Shown in pieces: positions 28,591 to 32,000 of a DNA stretch of 32,000 nt (positions are counted from its first letter, which is position 1; each line of letters starts with the position of its first letter). Source of the DNA: Candidatus Methanophagaceae archaeon (lineage in GTDB: Archaea > Halobacteriota > Syntropharchaeia > Alkanophagales > Methanospirareceae); assembly GCA_003194425.1 (NCBI GenBank), contig PQXB01000001.1, positions 340,444 to 372,443 on the forward strand. Direction: 5' to 3'. Below the pieces are notes generated by a model. That model made no database searches. It was given only the letters and a program-made list of their open reading frames with translations, and was not told the origin of the DNA. Both the position numbers and the translations under genes were made by a program.

Positions 28591-31182
28591 ATGGTCTTGA
28601 AATGGAGAGTCAAAGCAGACAAGATAGTAGACAAGAGACTTAGGAGGATTGAAAGAGCTAAAGCGATACAGGAAAGAATACTTAAAATAAAGGAGGCAAA
28701 TACCAAAAGGGCAGAATCAACGAAAAATCAGAAAAAGATAAAAAAGGCTAAAGCCGAAGAAGAGCAAGCAAGAGCAATTCTTAAAAAAATAGAAGAAGAA
28801 AAAGACCGCCTAACAACTCACAAAAGGCAGGGCAGAGCCCTAAACCCTAAACCGAACCAAGAACCATGGAAAGAGAAAAGACCCCAGAAAGAGAAAAAGA
28901 AGCGGGAAAAGTACCCTGTCAACGAGGCGTTTTTGTTTAGCGTTGATGAAAAAGTAGAAGAAATTGAAGAGTCCTTGAACAAGGGCGTTATCTCGGAGAG
29001 CTTGCTGGATTTGTTCAACAAAAAAGGAGTTCCTCTTTCCGAAGAGGCCATTGTTACGAAGGACTGCTTATTTGAGTGGGAGAAAGTCCCTGGCGAGGAC
29101 AACAAGAGGTTCTTAAACACCCTCACGTACCTCTTAAATCTTAACTGGGCTAAAGGTGCAAAGATCACCAAATCCGGAGACCGCAAAACCATTCGCCTCT
29201 CTAAAGAGGAAAAGTCGGCTGAGATAACAATCAATGAGCGAGAGGAGAAACTGACCTTAAAAATTAGCGACGGCAAAACTGACTACCTAAAAGTTAAGAA
29301 AGAGAACGGCAGGTTAAACGCATACAAAAGAGGGAAAGAGAATGAGTGGGAGATAACCGATTTTGAAGACGACGAAGAGACAGAAAAGTTCATTCTCAGA
29401 AAAGAAGAAGGAGGAGGAAAAAAGTTAGATGTTTTTATGCTCTTTGCATCCGTCCTGATAGAAGACCCGTTAGAAGCGACTGCCCCTCCAACCTACCGAG
29501 TTTGGGAGCCAAAATTCAGAAAAGGCAGAGCCGTGGACAGAGCCGCTGGCAGAGCCGTAGCGGGCAACGACGAGGAGGAGTTGTTAAAAGAGATAAAAAT
29601 CCGTCTTTATGAGGAGATCAGCGAAACTTCCACAGAATCTATCCGCGAGAGTTTTTTAGAGCAGAAATTGGAGAAAATAACCGAGGGTCTCAACATTGAG
29701 CAGAGCAAAAACTCTAAACTGCTGCAGAAAATAAAAGATTTGATAAGTAAGAAGGAGTTCATTAAGAGCGAGGAGTTGGATCCGACAGAGCGGGACAGAG
29801 TGGTGGCGGAATGTAAGAGCTTCTTGAAATCCCTTCTAAACGAGGCGCAAAAAACTATTGAAGACCGCCTTCGTAAAACAATAAATGAGAGTTTCGAAAT
29901 AGACCGTATTCGCAAGGATTTTTTAGACCAGAAGGTTCAGGAAACAATTAAGGAGCACTACAAGGAGCAGAGACAAGACCGTCGGCTAATTGAAAAATTA
30001 AAATATTACATAACCCGAGATTTCATTGGCTACAGCAAGTTAGACCCGATTATGAACGACAAAATGGTGGAGGACATCTCAGTCGACGGCCCTAACATTC
30101 CGCTCTACGTCTTTCACCGGAGATACGACTCGATAAGGACGAGCATAATTTTTGAAAAGACAGATTTAGATGCGATAATTTATAAATTAGCACAGCGGGC
30201 GGGCAGACACATCTCACTGGCTAAACCGCTCTTAAACGCTTCTCTTCCTAATAACGACAGACTGCAGCTGAGCCTTGGGGACGAGGTTACAACGAAGGGC
30301 AGCACCTTTACGATAAGGAAGTTCAGAGAAGAACCTCTTACTCCGATTTACCTTATTAAGTCTGAAACATTCTCGACCGAGATGATGGCTTATCTCTGGA
30401 TGGCAGTCGAGAACGGCTTCAATATCCTCATAGCAGGCGGCACCGCCTCGGGCAAGACCACCACCTTAAACGCGATCGCTATGTTCATTCCACCAGAGAG
30501 CAAGATCATTTCCATCGAAGACACGAGGGAGATAAACTTGTCGCACGAGAATTGGATTCCTGATGTCACTCGGGAAGTCGAAGAAGGAAGTCATTCAATT
30601 GAGATGTTTGACCTCCTGAAGGCTGCACTGCGGCAGCGACCCGAATATATTTTAGTGGGCGAGGTTAGAGGCGCGGAGGCGACGACTCTCTTTCAAGCAA
30701 TGGCTACCGGACACATCACCGTCTCAACCGTTCACGCCGATTCCCCTGAGGCTGTGGTCAGGAGGCTGACGAAGCCCCCGATTAATGTCCCGCTAATGCT
30801 ACTTGACAGTCTAAACATAATACTTATTCAGCGGTCGGTGAAGATAGGGGAAAGAAGAGAGAGGAGGTGCACCGAAATTATAGAAGTAAATGGTGTTGAT
30901 TTCGAGAAAGAGACCCTAAAAACCATAAAACTTTTTCATTGGGACTCGTCAGATAAATTTCACTTCAAAGGAGAAAGTCAGTCAAAAATTCTTAGCGAAA
31001 TAAGCGAGAAGTTAAATATGAAGAACGAAGAGGAGTTGTCAAATGAGTTTTATCGCCGTGTAGAAATTTTGAACTGGATGAGAGCAACCGTAACAGACTT
31101 TCAGTCTCTGAGTAAGATTATTTTTGAATACAATATGAATCCAAGAGAGGTTGAGGAGAAGCTAAAAAAAGATAGAAAATAA
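28591..31182 (+). CDS. FlaI/ArlI/VirB11-family (type II/IV secretion, archaeal type IV pilus-type) ATPase with an N-terminal extension of roughly 480 aa
   Basis: Core motifs are Walker A IAGGTASGKTTTLNA, Asp box IISIEDTREI, Walker B PEYILVGEVRGAEA and His box TGHITVSTVHA. The N-terminal half is K/E-rich and unrelated to the canonical family. The track start at 28549 is GTG and overlaps the upstream gene. The first ATG is 28591. Confidence 0.85.
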   Translation: MVLKWRVKADKIVDKRLRRIERAKAIQERILKIKEANTKRAESTKNQKKIKKAKAEEEQARAILKKIEEEKDRLTTHKRQGRALNPKPNQEPWKEKRPQKEKKKREKYPVNEAFLFSVDEKVEEIEESLNKGVISESLLDLFNKKGVPLSEEAIVTKDCLFEWEKVPGEDNKRFLNTLTYLLNLNWAKGAKITKSGDRKTIRLSKEEKSAEITINEREEKLTLKISDGKTDYLKVKKENGRLNAYKRGKENEWEITDFEDDEETEKFILRKEEGGGKKLDVFMLFASVLIEDPLEATAPPTYRVWEPKFRKGRAVDRAAGRAVAGNDEEELLKEIKIRLYEEISETSTESIRESFLEQKLEKITEGLNIEQSKNSKLLQKIKDLISKKEFIKSEELDPTERDRVVAECKSFLKSLLNEAQKTIEDRLRKTINESFEIDRIRKDFLDQKVQETIKEHYKEQRQDRRLIEKLKYYITRDFIGYSKLDPIMNDKMVEDISVDGPNIPLYVFHRRYDSIRTSIIFEKTDLDAIIYKLAQRAGRHISLAKPLLNASLPNNDRLQLSLGDEVTTKGSTFTIRKFREEPLTPIYLIKSETFSTEMMAYLWMAVENGFNILIAGGTASGKTTTLNAIAMFIPPESKIISIEDTREINLSHENWIPDVTREVEEGSHSIEMFDLLKAALRQRPEYILVGEVRGAEATTLFQAMATGHITVSTVHADSPEAVVRRLTKPPINVPLMLLDSLNIILIQRSVKIGERRERRCTEIIEVNGVDFEKETLKTIKLFHWDSSDKFHFKGESQSKILSEISEKLNMKNEEELSNEFYRRVEILNWMRATVTDFQSLSKIIFEYNMNPREVEEKLKKDRK

Positions 31183-31216
31183 AAAGTGAGTGAGGTGAAG
31201 AGGGGAGAGAGAAGAG

Positions 31217-32000
31217 ATGAAGAGTATTGATGAAATAGCATTTGGTATCTTCGGTGCATATTTCAAGACAAAACGAGAGTTTCGTTGGTTCGTTTCGTTG
31301 CGAGAAAATCTTATAAAAGCAAGGATATTCGTTTCTATCGAAAGATGGCTCTCGAAAGCGGTCTTTTATTCTGTTATTGGATCTTGTGTTCTGCTCTCAA
31401 TTTATTTGTCAATGAAGTTTCTGCTCTCTCTTCTCCCAAAACTCGACCTCAGTTTTTCTTTCGGTTTAACCGATTTTATAATCATAACCACAGGCAGTGT
31501 AATCGCGTTCTGCTCGGTCTTCTGCGGTTTTTATTTCCTGCCAAATATGAAGGCGTGGGAGAGGAAAAGGAAGATAGAAGAGCTTCTTCCTTACGCCATC
31601 AGCTACATCTCCTCGATGGCAGCGATTGGAATGATTCCTTACGAGATTTTCAAGAAACTGTCAGAGGAGGGGGAGAATTATGGGGAAGTGAGCGTTGAGG
31701 CGCGGCAGATAGTGCGTGATGTGAGCTTTTTCGGGTATGATTTTATGACTGCACTAAAGAACCTTGCATCTACGACGCCGTCTGCGAACATGCGAACTTT
31801 CCTGCAAGGTGCAGTAACAACGGCTCTTTCTGGTGGCGAGATGGGGGTGTATTTTATTAATACAGCAAAAATATATATGGCAGAGCGAAGGAAGAATTAC
31901 GAGAATTTTATTAATACTTTGGGAATAATTGCGGAGTTTTATGTTACAGGGCTGGTTGTTGGACCGCTACTTCTCATCGTCGTCCTTGCGATAATGTGTT
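31217..32000 (+). CDS. FlaJ/TadC/PilC-like polytopic membrane platform protein (T2SS-F domain), 5' part; continues past window end
   Basis: Not in the ORF track (runs off the window). My translation from ATG 31217 gives MKSIDEIAFGIFGAYFKTKREFRWFVSLRENLIKARIFVSIERWLSKAV...LLPYAISYISSMAAIGMIPYEIFKKLSEEGENYGEVSVEARQIVRDVSFFGYDFMTALKNLASTTPSANMRTFLQGAVTTALSGGEMGVYF. This fits the archaeal FlaJ/TadC cytoplasmic-domain pattern. GGGGAGAG lies upstream. Confidence 0.8.
   Translation, partial: MKSIDEIAFGIFGAYFKTKREFRWFVSLRENLIKARIFVSIERWLSKAVFYSVIGSCVLLSIYLSMKFLLSLLPKLDLSFSFGLTDFIIITTGSVIAFCSVFCGFYFLPNMKAWERKRKIEELLPYAISYISSMAAIGMIPYEIFKKLSEEGENYGEVSVEARQIVRDVSFFGYDFMTALKNLASTTPSANMRTFLQGAVTTALSGGEMGVYFINTAKIYMAERRKNYENFINTLGIIAEFYVTGLVVGPLLLIVVLAIMC

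Noticed and set aside
31285-31698. 137-aa plus-strand ORF from the track
   Set aside because: It is out of frame with the ORF starting at ATG 31217. That ORF runs to the window end and shows the FlaJ/TadC family pattern, so the track ORF is the wrong frame.

Overview
Archaeal chromosomal segment. The gene content (Ftr, archaeal-type adenylate kinase, XPB-Bax1, NAC, A-type ATPase c subunit, an intron-containing tRNA) points to a methanogen, Archaeoglobus or ANME-like euryarchaeon. About 30 genes are tightly packed on both strands, several joined by 4-nt ATGA start/stop overlaps. Most are housekeeping: ftr (partial), queC, XPB helicase plus Bax1 nuclease, dapB, tmk, a CbiZ/CobZ-like fusion, a NitT/TauT-type ABC transporter (binding protein, permease, ATPase), adkA, an orphan ModB/WtpB-type permease, atpK, a RecJ/DHH-like protein, tRNA-Arg(CCU) with intron, a PRC-barrel protein, NAD kinase, NAC, tRNA-Val(UAC), ThiDN, an AmmeMemoRadiSam radical SAM enzyme, citramalate/isopropylmalate synthase and hemC. 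Two AT-richer surface/accessory blocks stand out. The first (13.0-14.8 kb) holds a DUF2341/LamG surface protein and a truncated beta-helix fragment. The second (25.2 kb to window end) holds a PGF-CTERM S-layer-like glycoprotein, a membrane-anchored tandem OB-fold protein, an unusually long FlaI/VirB11-type ATPase and a FlaJ/TadC-like membrane protein. The most unusual signal I can read directly is pervasive short tandem duplication. Perfect in-frame arrays (6-36 nt units) sit inside conserved enzymes, and 10-27 nt tandem duplications sit on gene junctions, copying stop codons, Shine-Dalgarno-like and TATA-like elements. Other candidates for follow-up are an AT-rich NucS/DUF4268-like nuclease gene wedged with ATGA overlaps into a dapB-xpb-bax1 chain, and the long ATPase/OB-fold surface locus. 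I saw no CRISPR array, transposase, integrase or rRNA. None of the candidate systems can be shown to be new from sequence alone, and all family assignments come from motif recognition by eye, not from searches.
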